This document shows positions 13,248 through 24,020 of a DNA stretch of 64,000 bases, piece by piece (the first letter of the stretch is position 1; the number at the start of each line of letters is the position of its first letter). The position numbers were made by a program, and so were the translations under genes. The stretch is from Paramoeba atlantica (Eukaryota > Protista > Discosea): NCBI GenBank assembly GCA_977017575.1, contig CDRNVI010000037.1:310001-374000 (forward strand). The letters are read 5' to 3'. The notes beneath the pieces are model-generated. The model was not told the DNA's origin. It made no database searches and was given only the letters and a program-made list of their open reading frames with translations.

Positions 13248-13706
13248 TTTTGTACATTAGCCCTCCCTTCATTACTCTATGGGCGCTTAAGCAAATATTT
13301 ATAGTTAACATCTCATAATTATCATCCTCGCTTACCCGCAATCTATCCTTACAGCGAAACAAATTGGTTCATCCTATCATCTAAAGTGTTGTATATCACC
13401 CTCCTTCCACCTACCCTCTCTCATTAATTTTTATAATTATAAATATAAATATATATTTTTATTTTTGTTATAATTTATACTCATAAAAATTAATGAGAGG
13501 GGGAGTAAAAAATTGTATTCGAAATTTTTTTGCTACCTATTATAGAGAAAACCCAAAAATTAGATGAAAAGCAATTCCCTACTAACTAACCAATTCGTTA
13601 GTTACTCAACCTCCGCAATTCATCTACTCTTTTCTAAAACTCATTTCCAAAAACCAATACACACAAAACGATCCCTACACCTTTTTTTCCTTCCTTTTTT
13701 CCTCCC

Positions 13707-14468
13707 ATGCCTTTCCCCTTTCCCTCCCCCTTTCCCTCCCTTCTTGTCCTCACCAAGGACACCTCCCCCTCCCCTCCCTCCTCCTCCTCCTCCTCCCATT
13801 CCCGTCTCGGGAAACTCCGCGCGGCCTCCGCGCCCCCGGAGTACCAACTCACCCTTCTCATCGCGGATCTCCAACACAACCAATCCACCTGGGTCACCGA
13901 GACCCCCGCCGCCTCCTGGCGCGGCATCACGCTCCACGAAGCCAACCCCGGGGAGATTGTCGAGATCCAGTGGGAGGGGTTCGGTCTCCGCGGGTCGCTT
14001 AACTGGGCCCACCTCCCCAAAACCTTAACCAAGTTGGATCTCTCCCTCAACAGTATTGAGGGCTGTGTGGAGACCTCACTGCTGCCACCCCCGCTGGTGG
14101 AGCTGGATCTGAAACGGAATTACTTTTTCCGTAGTCTGGATCTAACCGTGCTCCCCGGGGGGCTACGCACGGCAGAGTTTGGGGTGAATAATTTATCCGG
14201 ACCGGTCGCGTTGCACGCGCTTCCGCGTGCGATGCGGTTCTTGTCGTTGGAGGGGAATAAGTTAAACGGGGAGGTGAGTTTGCGAGGGCTTCCGCATCAT
14301 TTGCGGACGCTCTTGCTGCGGGATAATTTGTTTACGGGGGAAGTGAATCTTGAGGAGATGCACGAGGGATTGGATGTTAATTTGTCCGGGAATCGGTTTA
14401 CGGGGTATCTTCCAAAAGGAGATCTTCCGAATGGTGTTGTGTGGGGAAAACAAGACGAAGTAGAGTGA
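13707..14468 (+). CDS. LRR-family protein, 253 aa
   Basis: SRLGKL motif, WRGI cap and six LRRs. Confidence 0.85.
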   Translation: MPFPFPSPFPSLLVLTKDTSPSPPSSSSSSHSRLGKLRAASAPPEYQLTLLIADLQHNQSTWVTETPAASWRGITLHEANPGEIVEIQWEGFGLRGSLNWAHLPKTLTKLDLSLNSIEGCVETSLLPPPLVELDLKRNYFFRSLDLTVLPGGLRTAEFGVNNLSGPVALHALPRAMRFLSLEGNKLNGEVSLRGLPHHLRTLLLRDNLFTGEVNLEEMHEGLDVNLSGNRFTGYLPKGDLPNGVVWGKQDEVE

Positions 14469-14762
14469 CACGAACGAAGCACTAAGAAATACTTTTCTTG
14501 AGATACGTTCTTTAATTTCAGTTTTTTGTACAGATCACGAAACAAAGACCCGGTTAAGGCTAACCCGTAGCTCGTTATTATATCAAGGGTACACTAAACC
14601 GGACGGTGGTTTAAGCTTTCAATAAGCTAATATTGTATTCGAACGCTTCACCTCAGCTTTTGTCAAATGAGAAATTGTGAATCAGTATTTTAAACAAATC
14701 TAATTTATTTCTCCCCTGTAGCTCTTAGCATAAAGGTTTTTAGATACGTAAATCTTCGCAGT

Positions 14763-15422
14763 ATGTGCATCTCACGCTTTTTGACTTCTGAATCTTCACC
14801 TCTTCCTCGTTTGGGGCGCGTCAGCCTCGTTTCGCAGCCGCATGAAATAATGCTTTCCATATTCGTCAAAGACTTAAGTACGATCCATGGGAGCTGGAAT
14901 ACCTCAAATCCGGCATGCAACTGGGATGGGGTAGATTGTGATGCCAAAGGAGATGTGACAGTCATACGGTGGTACCGTCGTAATTTACTCGGTTGTTTAC
15001 ATTGGTATTCTCTTCCTCGTACTCTACGAGAACTAGACTTATCTAACAATCATTTAAATGGTCTTGTTTCCTTGGGTGAGCTCCCACACCATTTACAGAA
15101 GTTGCGTTTGCATAATAATGAATTCACGGGGCAGCTTCATTTTGAAAAGTGTCCCCCGACGTTAACAATTCTGGACTTAGAGGGCAATCGGTTTCAAGGC
15201 GAAGTTAACCTTGAATCACTACCTGAAACACTGCAACATTTCGAAATTTCTAAAAACCCGAGCCTATATGGTTGGTATAGCGCAAGAAAGTTACCTCCGC
15301 TTTTAAATACGCGTAGATTTAGAGACACAGGCATTTGCCGAAGCCCCTCCACGGCAGAGTACGCAGCGATTACGTATGCAGTGTTGATGCTGTTATGTAT
15401 TGTGCACATGCATTTTACGTAG
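14763..15422 (+). CDS. LRR-family protein with a C-terminal hydrophobic tail, 219 aa
   Basis: PRLGRV motif, ACNWDGVDC cap, LRRs, and tail YAAITYAVLMLLCIV. Same subfamily as 33879, 39877 and 42066. Confidence 0.88.
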   Translation: MCISRFLTSESSPLPRLGRVSLVSQPHEIMLSIFVKDLSTIHGSWNTSNPACNWDGVDCDAKGDVTVIRWYRRNLLGCLHWYSLPRTLRELDLSNNHLNGLVSLGELPHHLQKLRLHNNEFTGQLHFEKCPPTLTILDLEGNRFQGEVNLESLPETLQHFEISKNPSLYGWYSARKLPPLLNTRRFRDTGICRSPSTAEYAAITYAVLMLLCIVHMHFT

Positions 15423-15868
15423 CAGAACCCCCCCTTTGCTCGCAACCCCCCTTTGCTTTATACCGTCGACGCACTTTATTTGAAAGCTTTGTTGGTGAAC
15501 ACATTGAATTTGAGAACATTAAATTGAATTTTTTTCTTCTTAAAACATTTTTTGGTACTGTCCCTTTCATAAATAATTATAAATTTGCCAGAATTTATAA
15601 CGCTGCCATATTTATATTTATTTATGATTTATAATTTCTTGACGCTATAATTATAATTTTTTTGGGGGTAAATTTGTCACTTTTTTTTTATTTTCCATGG
15701 ATTTCTTTTGCAGAAGTTGAGAAAAAGTCCAAAGTTATTCATAAAAAAATGGACAACATGGTAAAAAAAATGTAAAATCCGTAACTTTCGTATCATAAAT
15801 AATTATAATTATAAATATAATTATAAATCCAAAAGTTTTATATTTTATAATTATAATTATTTATGAAA

Positions 15869-16532
15869 GGGACAGTATCGTGGTAGTTCCGATGAGTACT
15901 CATCCAAAGTACCATTGCCTCCTAGAGGGATGTGGTAGTTTCGATGAGTACTCATCCAAACTACTATCACCGCCCTCCGACGAAAATGGAAGTACTCATC
16001 CAAACTACCACAGATCGCGTTGCAAAGGTAGTTTGGATGAGTGCTCATCGAAACGACCTCTTCACATGGTAGTTTGGATGGGTGCTCATCGAAACGACCT
16101 CTGCACATGGTACTTTGGATGAGTACTTTCTTCCGTGGCGCATCCGCGGTCACCAAAAAATATAATTATGTCCCAGGGCTACGCTCACAGTTGGGCCTTG
16201 CTCGCAAAAGGGGGCTTTTGCCTCTAGACGTGGGCTTCGCTCACAGTCGGGCCTGGCCTCCAGACAGGTAAACTGGGTGTCGCTGTCGTGGGCTACGCTC
16301 ACAGTTGGGCCTTAGGTGACGAAGCGTCGGAAAATACACAATCCTTCGGAAGGGTCAGACGTTCGTAATGTAGTGTCGTGGAAAAGTACTCATCCAAACT
16401 ACTATGTGCAGAGGTCGTTTCAATGAGTACTCATCCAAACTACCATGTGCAGAGGTCGCTTCGATGAGTACTTTTTTTCAGAAAACTAAAAATTCGTTTC
16501 GATGAGTATTCATCCAAACTACTGCAATGCCC
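15869..16532. mobile_element. Non-autonomous TIR/foldback element with many subterminal repeats
   Basis: About 10 copies of (GAG)TACTCATCCAAACTAC in both orientations; imperfect GGG(A)CA...TGCCC ends. The central 16176-16265 segment recurs at 39592-39662. Confidence 0.6.
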
Positions 16533-16695
16533 ATTTTTTTGGTGTATTTTGGACTTTTTACTTTTTTTGTATCTTTCCTCATTTTTTTGATATTTTCATA
16601 GTCTTGACATAGCTTTTGCAGATTTACTATTTCAGATTATTATGTTATTTATTATGTTATTTTTTAACATTAAAATGGGCTCATCAAACAGTAAA

Positions 16696-17420
16696 TTTCT
16701 TTTTTAGGCTCTTCGTTAAACGCGGTGGTCGTTTTCAACCTAGAAGTCACTCATGCTGCGCTCTTCGCGTAGAAAACTACCACCGCGTTTAACGAAGAGC
16801 CTAAAAAAGAAAAATCGCGAAAAGATCATGACTAATCTTTTTTTGGGGGAAAAAACCCGATTTTTCGGCGAAAAATGCGAAAATTTGGCCCAAATTTAAG
16901 CCGTTTTTGATGCCTTACCAGTAGAGTCAGGAGGCGAATCTGACGAAACAAACGTCGTAGAATGGTAGCTGGGGTCCCAAACTCCTAAAACACGTTTTAG
17001 GAGTCGATTTTGGAAAAATAATATTTTTACTTTTTTTTGGGTCAATTTTTTTTGGGGGTCACCCCAAAAATTTCGGAAATTTTGACCTTCCTCCTGCGCG
17101 TACCAGGGGATGGGGTACCCCCATGGGGGGGGGGGGGGGGGGGAATTATCGCCGCGGCCTACTCTACCACTTCCCTGCGCTCGATTTCGAAAAACAAAAA
17201 ATTCGAAAAAAAGAAATCGCGACGTATGCCCCCCCCCTGGACCCCCCCCATGGACCCCCCATTTTTTTCAATTTTGTTTTTCAGTTTTGGTCCACCGGAG
17301 CCCCCTTTTATATTTTTTTCTTCTATTATATTACTGTGTTCCTCTTTATATTTTCACTGTTTTTGTTCACTTTTTTTCTATAATCGAGGGTAGAGCGGTA
17401 GTTATACAACCACTGCAATA
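16696..17420. mobile_element. Dispersed repeat family with a terminal hairpin (copy 2)
   Basis: The hairpin at 16696-16812 is nearly identical to 9233-9355. The middle matches 50560-50790 and the 3' part matches 9930-10126. Confidence 0.75.
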
Positions 17421-17542
17421 TCAACAATATCATACATCGTTACTTAGAAAATGCAGTTATATTTCATAGGTTTACCATTTCATATTATTGTATTAGCTTT
17501 CTCATTACTATGGGCTCATCAAACAACAATTGAGCTGTCATA

Positions 17543-17909
17543 CAGTGGTTTCAAGATATCTTCCCCCCGGGGGAATTTTGAGTTTTTTTATTTGTTTTTT
17601 CTCATTTTTGCAGCATTGGATAGATCTCGTTTCTCTGGTGAAGCGCTTTGCTACCTTTTTATGTAGGGGCCCCCTGGTACCCCCTGGGTCCAAAACACAT
17701 GGTTTGGACTTCATTCCAAGGTTCGTATTTATCAAAAATCTTGTTTTGGCTGTTTTTCGGGTCACCATATGAGCACTACGGGGTCCCTGTGAAAAGAGAG
17801 GTGCCAAAGCGCTTCACTGGGGGAACGAGATCTCTCGTTTGCAACAAAAATGAGCAAAAACGGACACAAAGACTCAAAATTCGCAGGGGGGGTACAATTG
17901 AAACCATTG
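17543..17909. mobile_element. MITE, Tc1/mariner-type
   Basis: TA|CAGTGGTTTCAA ... TTGAAACCATTG|TA, with degenerate inverted arms of ~150 bp. Confidence 0.75.
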
Positions 17910-18160
17910 TATTTTGTACACAGAAATACTATGCACAGAAAAATAAATTCACTAAATTTTCGTAAAACGAATTCTCGTTCAATTTCCCCCAATAATTACT
18001 AAACCGCAATATTTACCTCCGCAATTCGAGGCTAAAGCAACCACCGCACTTTGTTCCCCCATCTCATTTTACCCCCTACTCTCCTAAAACCCGCATTTCA
18101 CCCTTCCTTTTTCATCAAACCCTTTTCTTCTCTCATCCCCCTTCCCCTCCTCCTCCCCCC

Positions 18161-19465
18161 ATGTCTTCTCTCCTCTTCACCCTCCTCCTCTCCCTTCTCC
18201 TCCCCATCCTCCCCACCCTCGACGACGCCTCCGACCTCCCCCACCCTCCTCCCTTCGACCGCGAAGCCGCCTACCGCCCTGACTCCTACCCACCATCGAC
18301 TGCATCTTCACCAGCGTCTTCTTCACCAGCGTCTTCTACTTCTTCACAAGCGTCTTCTTCTTCTTCACAAGCGTCCTCTTCTTCTTCTTCACAAACGTCT
18401 TCTTCTTCTTCACAAGCGTCTTTTTCTTCTCTATCTTCTTCTTCACAAGCGTCTTCTTCATCTCTATCACCATCTTCACCAGCTTCTTCTTCTTTATCCG
18501 CTCTATCGTCTTCTTCATCTTCACGACCCTCCTCTTCCTCCTCTTCCCTATCCCCGTCTTCCCTATCCCCGTCTCCCCGAGCGTCTTCTTCTTCCTCCTC
18601 TTCCCTATCCCCGTCATCCCTATCCCCGTCTTCCCTATCCCCGTCTCCCCGAGCGTCTTCTTCCTGTTCCTCCTCTTCCCGGCCCTCCCCCCGTCCCTCC
18701 CCCCGCCCCGGCCGCGTCTCCGCCTCCCTCCTCTCCCCCACCCACCAGCTCCTCCGCCTCACCGCCCCCCTCCACAACCCCCACCCCTCCTGGGTCCCCG
18801 AGACCCGCGCCTCCCCCTGGACCTGGTTCCTCTGGGGAACCCCCGACGCCGCGGCGGAGGTCGACGTCTGTGCCACCTGGTACGGCGTCGTGTGCAGCCC
18901 CGCCGGGGAGGTCCTGGAGCTGCGGTGGAACGACCTCGACCTCAAAGGGAACCTCTCCTGGGGCTACGTCCCCCGGGCGACCACCCAGCGGGTCTCGGTC
19001 TACCGCAACGACCTCACCGGGGGGCTCCCGCTCGGGGACCTCCCGGGGGGGCTGCGCTACCTGTGCGTGTCGAGTAACCAGATGGGCGGGGGGCTGGGGC
19101 TGGGGGGGATGCCCCACGGGATGACGGATGTGTACGCCCGGCATAACGGGTTTGAGGGGGGGGTGGAGCTGGAGAGGCTGCCGCAGACGCTGGGGTTTTT
19201 GTATTTGAGCTTTAACCGGTTGGGGGGGGAGGTGGGGTTGGGGGGGCTGCCGCAGGGGATGAAGAGGTTGCGGTTGGAGAATAATGAGTTCTCGGGGTGG
19301 TTGCGGGTGCCGAATCCGTTGCCGGAGGCGTTGGAGTATTTGGATGTCAGGCATAATCGGTTGCGGATTGCGCAGGAGGGTGGGGTGGTGTATCAACCCG
19401 GCGTGCAGGTGTATCTGTTTCCGCAAAAAGGGGATGACATGGATACTCCTTTTTTGGTGATATAA
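18161..19465 (+). CDS. LRR-family protein with a signal-peptide-like N-terminus and a Ser-rich mucin-like stalk, 434 aa
   Basis: Hydrophobic MSSLLFTLLLSLLLPIL, ~150 aa of S/P-rich repeats, then RPGRV, a CATWYGVVC cap and seven LRRs. Confidence 0.85.
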   Translation: MSSLLFTLLLSLLLPILPTLDDASDLPHPPPFDREAAYRPDSYPPSTASSPASSSPASSTSSQASSSSSQASSSSSSQTSSSSSQASFSSLSSSSQASSSSLSPSSPASSSLSALSSSSSSRPSSSSSSLSPSSLSPSPRASSSSSSSLSPSSLSPSSLSPSPRASSSCSSSSRPSPRPSPRPGRVSASLLSPTHQLLRLTAPLHNPHPSWVPETRASPWTWFLWGTPDAAAEVDVCATWYGVVCSPAGEVLELRWNDLDLKGNLSWGYVPRATTQRVSVYRNDLTGGLPLGDLPGGLRYLCVSSNQMGGGLGLGGMPHGMTDVYARHNGFEGGVELERLPQTLGFLYLSFNRLGGEVGLGGLPQGMKRLRLENNEFSGWLRVPNPLPEALEYLDVRHNRLRIAQEGGVVYQPGVQVYLFPQKGDDMDTPFLVI

Positions 19466-19872
19466 TGCCGAACAGAAGGAAGAGCGTCCATGGGCGTGTG
19501 GACAAGGTTGTCGTTCTTTGTTTTCCATTCGGTTTGTTGAACCACTACATTGCATGAATACGAGACTCTTTTGGCAAAAAGTAAAACCATGCGAAGGAGT
19601 CGGACAGAGGTGAATCTGATTCTTATCCAGGCATGCGGTCGTGTCAGTGAACAAAGGGGCAGATGTACCATGAAAGCTGTGTACAGCAGTAAAGTAGCAT
19701 CTGTGAAGCGACATGCCATGAATGTGCTTTTAATCTCGATCCCCACCTTTTTGTTAAACGACACATATCGTATAGAAATAAATCAGGTCTACTTTCGTTC
19801 AGGTTTCGCCCCAATAATTACAGCTTTGACTGAATAGATCCACTTTCATACCCTTTTTAACTCCTTATCATC

Positions 19873-20484
19873 ATGCTTGCAGATTTATCTACCAGGGGTC
19901 AGTATCTCAAGACGCCTTTGTTCCGCTCCAAGGATAGCTCTTCCCGTGCGGGCAAGGTCCGGGGCGCGTCTCTACCTCAGGAGTTTATTTTATCTCGTGT
20001 GCTGCAGGACGTGCACAACCCTTTACCCTCGTGGAACACTACAACCCCTGCTTGCGACTGGGAAGGCATGACGTGCTCTAAGGAACTGTTAGTTCGCATG
20101 GATTGTCGGAAAAGGGATCTTTCGGGGGAAATACGCTGGGAACACCTGCCCCGTACTCTTATCGGTTTTAATGTGTACAAGAATAAGCTGAGCGGGGTGT
20201 TGGATCTTTCTGATTTACCGCCTGAGTTGCGAGTATTCAATGTTTCATACAATTTCTTTACGGGGGAGTTGGACTTGTGTCATTTGCCTGCTTTTATGGA
20301 ACAAATTTTGTTTTCCACGAACCATTTCAGTGGTAAGGTTGATTTTTCACTATTGCCCCGTAAACTTATTGCCCTTGCTGTACGAAATAACGAAGAGCTT
20401 TGTGGAACGATGAATTTAAAAGAATTGCCACCCAACCTGTCCTATCATCCGGTTCGTGGTACGCAAATAAAAATTATTGAGTGA
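19873..20484 (+). CDS. LRR-family protein, 203 aa
   Basis: SRAGKVRGASLPQE motif, ACDWEGMTC cap and LRRs. Confidence 0.88.
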   Translation: MLADLSTRGQYLKTPLFRSKDSSSRAGKVRGASLPQEFILSRVLQDVHNPLPSWNTTTPACDWEGMTCSKELLVRMDCRKRDLSGEIRWEHLPRTLIGFNVYKNKLSGVLDLSDLPPELRVFNVSYNFFTGELDLCHLPAFMEQILFSTNHFSGKVDFSLLPRKLIALAVRNNEELCGTMNLKELPPNLSYHPVRGTQIKIIE

Positions 20485-20638
20485 GCATGCCTTTGTAAAT
20501 TATACGCTTGTGTACTGTCTTTTCTTGTTCGTATGCGCTTCGTTGATAATAATGAGGTGTCCGTAGAGAGATTTTTTACAAAACAAAACGTTTCCTTATA
20601 ATACAAGTGTGTATTCTTTTCGAAACTTGTCTCCGTTT

Positions 20639-22321
20639 ATGACTCGGTCACAGTGGAATATGAGTACGCGCCTATCACGAAAATTCCGAATGCTGACCTG
20701 TGGTGGTCAACCCTCCCTCTCTCCTATGTTCCCTCGGTTTTACCATTCCGCCCCTTCCTATCACCCTGAAAACTCCGTGACTTTCTCGGAGAGGGATTTA
20801 AAAAAGGGGGGTATGCAAACATCCTCCTCCTCCTTGTTGGGAGGCTTTCACGAGGATTCGATGGTTTCAAGTCTTTCTCCTTCTCTGCGTGGAGCGCACT
20901 TGGAACGAGGTCGAGCAAGTTCCCTTTTTGCTCAATGTCTGCATAGCCAAGTCCCTGTTCTTTCGTTTGGAAAAAATGCACGCCGGGAGAAAGAAAGAAA
21001 ACATTCATCCAGTACAATCGATGAAGATTCTTCAAATTTTCTGGACAATGAAGAAACGATTTCAGAGGATCAACAGGTTGCCGCAAAAGATCAGCGTCGT
21101 ATTGAATCTGATTTCGGAATGACTCACCAACGCCCTTCAGGCATTTTCTCTGATTCAGCGCATGAAGACTCGGAACCAAGCTGCACGCTCCATAGTTCTG
21201 ACGCACACAGACTCGTAGGAGAAGCGAAAAGGGAGAAAATGATAAAATGTTCTGTGACTGAAGGAGAAAAGTCGCTTGAGCGACGATCTCCGTATCGATC
21301 GTCTCTTTCCCATTCTCTACGACGACGTCGCGAAAGCTTACTAACGGTGGGAAAAAGTCAAGAACAGTCACGCAACTCATCAGGTTTAAAAATGGTTGCC
21401 GTCCCCTGTATTTCCTCTGCCATTACCCAAATGTGGCCCGGATCTGATCCCGAATTTACCACATTAAACGACAAAAATGCAAAGAAGCGTTTTGAGATAG
21501 ATCAGTCCAGTGACAAACGCGCATTCGAGCAACGCGAAGAATCTTGTTGGGAACACGTCCACAACAGCTACGGCTTCCTTACAAAGCCTCGTTACCTCTC
21601 CTGGGCCCAATTCCTTCGGGAACAGAAGCGCTTCCACCTCCGCTGGCGACTCCTGAGTTCCACCAGTCAATTTATGAGCTTTACCCTTTATGATCGGGAA
21701 AAAGACCGACCCAGAACCCAAACCCACCTCCACGAAACCACACCCTACCTCGAGGACGGGTCCGAATCCACCCAGGTCGCGCTCCATCTCCTCGCGGACT
21801 GTCCCCGAGCGCACTCCCTCTCTCACCTCCTCCATGCCACAGAGGAACACTGGCACATGAATGAGTTGACGCAATGCAGTACGATGCGTGCTCCTTCTTC
21901 GTCTTCTTCTTCTTCCTCCTCTTCCGCAGAGCCCATGGCCTCTGCGTTTACAAAACCACAAATCTCACAACAAAACAAAATCTCGCAAACCGCATCGCAC
22001 ACCAGCGCGATTCGTTTCTCCAATGATTTAGGAAAAACGACAGAACTTTTGTTTACCACCACAGCGGCTAAAAAGCTGATTTTATTTCACCCCTCTTCCG
22101 TTTCCAGCGGTCCAGTCGCGGAGATGTCGCTGCAGACCTTTACTCGACTGCTGCTGGAGAGTTGCGTCCGGGTGATCCGGGAGGCCCCGTTTGGGGTCTC
22201 GAACGCGACGTTTTGCACCGAACAGCATTTACGCGAGATGGAGGTGATGTGGGGCTCGTTAAGGGCAGCCGCGAGACTACGACAGGAGGCGTTTCCGTTG
22301 GGTGATAGGCTGCTGCGGTGA
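20639..22321 (+). CDS. Hypothetical protein with an Arg/Ser-rich N-terminus (possibly mitochondrial)
   Basis: Long ORF on the gene strand (first ATG at 20639); no family recognised. Confidence 0.65.
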   Translation: MTRSQWNMSTRLSRKFRMLTCGGQPSLSPMFPRFYHSAPSYHPENSVTFSERDLKKGGMQTSSSSLLGGFHEDSMVSSLSPSLRGAHLERGRASSLFAQCLHSQVPVLSFGKNARREKERKHSSSTIDEDSSNFLDNEETISEDQQVAAKDQRRIESDFGMTHQRPSGIFSDSAHEDSEPSCTLHSSDAHRLVGEAKREKMIKCSVTEGEKSLERRSPYRSSLSHSLRRRRESLLTVGKSQEQSRNSSGLKMVAVPCISSAITQMWPGSDPEFTTLNDKNAKKRFEIDQSSDKRAFEQREESCWEHVHNSYGFLTKPRYLSWAQFLREQKRFHLRWRLLSSTSQFMSFTLYDREKDRPRTQTHLHETTPYLEDGSESTQVALHLLADCPRAHSLSHLLHATEEHWHMNELTQCSTMRAPSSSSSSSSSSAEPMASAFTKPQISQQNKISQTASHTSAIRFSNDLGKTTELLFTTTAAKKLILFHPSSVSSGPVAEMSLQTFTRLLLESCVRVIREAPFGVSNATFCTEQHLREMEVMWGSLRAAARLRQEAFPLGDRLLR

Positions 22322-22501
22322 AGGGGGGAAATTTTCAAGTTCAAGGCACTTAAACTTGAAACCCTTTTCTTTCATAATAGAGGGAGGAGCAAATATTTTC
22401 GTTTTTTTTTGTATTTTCTCTTGTCTCATAAATCTAAATAAATACCCACATCAACAGCTCCTGTACTCTACATCGATTTTTTCTTGGGTTTATTTAAACC
22501 G

Positions 22502-23152
22502 ATGCTCCATCTCCTCTTTTCGGATGATGGCAATTCCGTCTCGTCTCACGCTTTAAGAGTTCGCGGAGCGTCATTACCCCAAGAAATCGAGCTCTCTCGT
22601 TGTTTACGGGATATTGAAAATCCTCACCCTACATGGACTTCAGCGCAGCACGCGTGTGCGTGGCATGGGGTAAAATGCGTGGACCAACTTGCAACGGTAA
22701 TCATTTGGGACTCACGACTATTATGTGGACGTATCGATTGGACTTCCTTACCCCACTCTCTAAAAGGTTTTGGAGTTCAGCAGAATGAACTAAGCGGTAA
22801 TGTCGTGCTTACCTCACTACCCCCTCAGCTGAAATCTCTCAATGGATGTTTGAATCAGTTTTCTGGAGAACTGGATTTTAACAGTCTGCCACATAACATG
22901 GAATATCTTTCTCTTATGAATAATAATTTTACAGGGTGCCTTAATCTTACCATGTTGCCTTCTAAGATGGTATTTCTTTTTCTGAATGACAATGCATTTG
23001 ACGGAACCATAGAAATACGCCATATTCCCTTGAATATGCAATATTTGATGTTATTCGACAATCCTGGTCTCTGCGGGGTCATTCATTTATCAGATTTTCC
23101 TTCAACGCTTCAGCAGTACGACTGGAAAAATACGAAAATAACATCCATATAA
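22502..23152 (+). CDS. LRR-family protein
   Basis: RVRGASLPQE motif, ACAWHGVKC cap and LRRs; first ATG at 22502. Confidence 0.88.
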   Translation: MLHLLFSDDGNSVSSHALRVRGASLPQEIELSRCLRDIENPHPTWTSAQHACAWHGVKCVDQLATVIIWDSRLLCGRIDWTSLPHSLKGFGVQQNELSGNVVLTSLPPQLKSLNGCLNQFSGELDFNSLPHNMEYLSLMNNNFTGCLNLTMLPSKMVFLFLNDNAFDGTIEIRHIPLNMQYLMLFDNPGLCGVIHLSDFPSTLQQYDWKNTKITSI

Positions 23153-23300
23153 AGCTATATAGAATTTATACGGAATTTTAGTCTACTCCCCTGATCAAAA
23201 ATAAAAGAAAATGTATCTTGATTGATATTTTGGCTAAACTGAAGCAAAATTCGGTTTTTTCACTTTTTTCATAAATCTGTTCAAAACATACATTGCCGCG

Positions 23301-23345
23301 TACGGTACTCGGGTACTCATAGCGAGTACGTACCCGAGTACCGTA
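23301..23345. repeat. 16-bp perfect hairpin built of GAGTAC/GTACTC motifs
   Basis: TACGGTACTCGGGTAC ... GTACCCGAGTACCGTA; probably a transposon-end relic. Confidence 0.55.
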
Positions 23346-24020
23346 CTCACGGTACTCGCTTTGCAATACTCACTAGCCCAAAACAATAGTAGCAGGTGGC
23401 AGTAAACAGGAGTATAGGAATAAAACCAGGATGGTATGAGATATGGTAAGAAGTGTTAGTCTCGGAGCCTAGTGTTCAGTGATGGTTCTAGAAAGCTGGG
23501 GCACGTCTGATTTCCTACGAAAGAAATTTCCTATTTCATAAAATGAATTTCTAAACAGAATAGAAAGGAAAAACGAACTCGGCAAAAGGAAAGTATGAGA
23601 TACAAAGGAATACGAAAACGAAAATCAATGACAGGTCAAACATTCAGTTTTTAAGTATGAAAAGTAATGCATAATGTACGAACAGTACCGAAGACATTCA
23701 AAAGGTAGCGTTGTTCGCATGACGAAGAAAAATTTAAGCCCGAGGATAAAGTGTAGCCCGGATGATTGTTAAGCACATTAAGTGAAACATCGAAAGCCCC
23801 ACAGAAAAATATGAATATCAATTCAAGTATGTAGAACGCTTTAACGAAATAGAACAAAATTTTCATAAGCTTTTTACCGAAACTGTGTGCTCACTAATCT
23901 TATCCACACCCCTTATCGCAGCACATAAACATGTTGAAAGAAACCTAGAATAGTAAACTAATGCGCACCGTAATCGTGCTCAGTCGAATATAAATTTTCG
24001 TCACTCTCACCCTCATCATC

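Larger units (their letters stand above)
10139..13505. mobile_element. Stowaway-like TA MITE ends, possibly the host into which the hAT inserted
   Basis: 20-bp perfect TIR CTCCCCCTCTCATTAATTTT with TA flanks. A third similar end at ~13413 makes the pairing ambiguous. Confidence 0.55.

Noticed and set aside
15795-15865. AT-rich TAATTATAA palindromes as a regulatory site
   Set aside because: Low-complexity sequence expected by chance in AT-rich spacers.
15869-16532. CRISPR-like repeat array
   Set aside because: Repeats are short, invert orientation and have no regular unique spacers; there are no cas genes and the context is eukaryotic.
16675-17525. ATGGGCTCATCAAACA direct repeat as a TSD of repeat copy 2
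   Set aside because: The right copy lies ~90 bp beyond the family end and other copies lack an equivalent, so it is not usable as a TSD.
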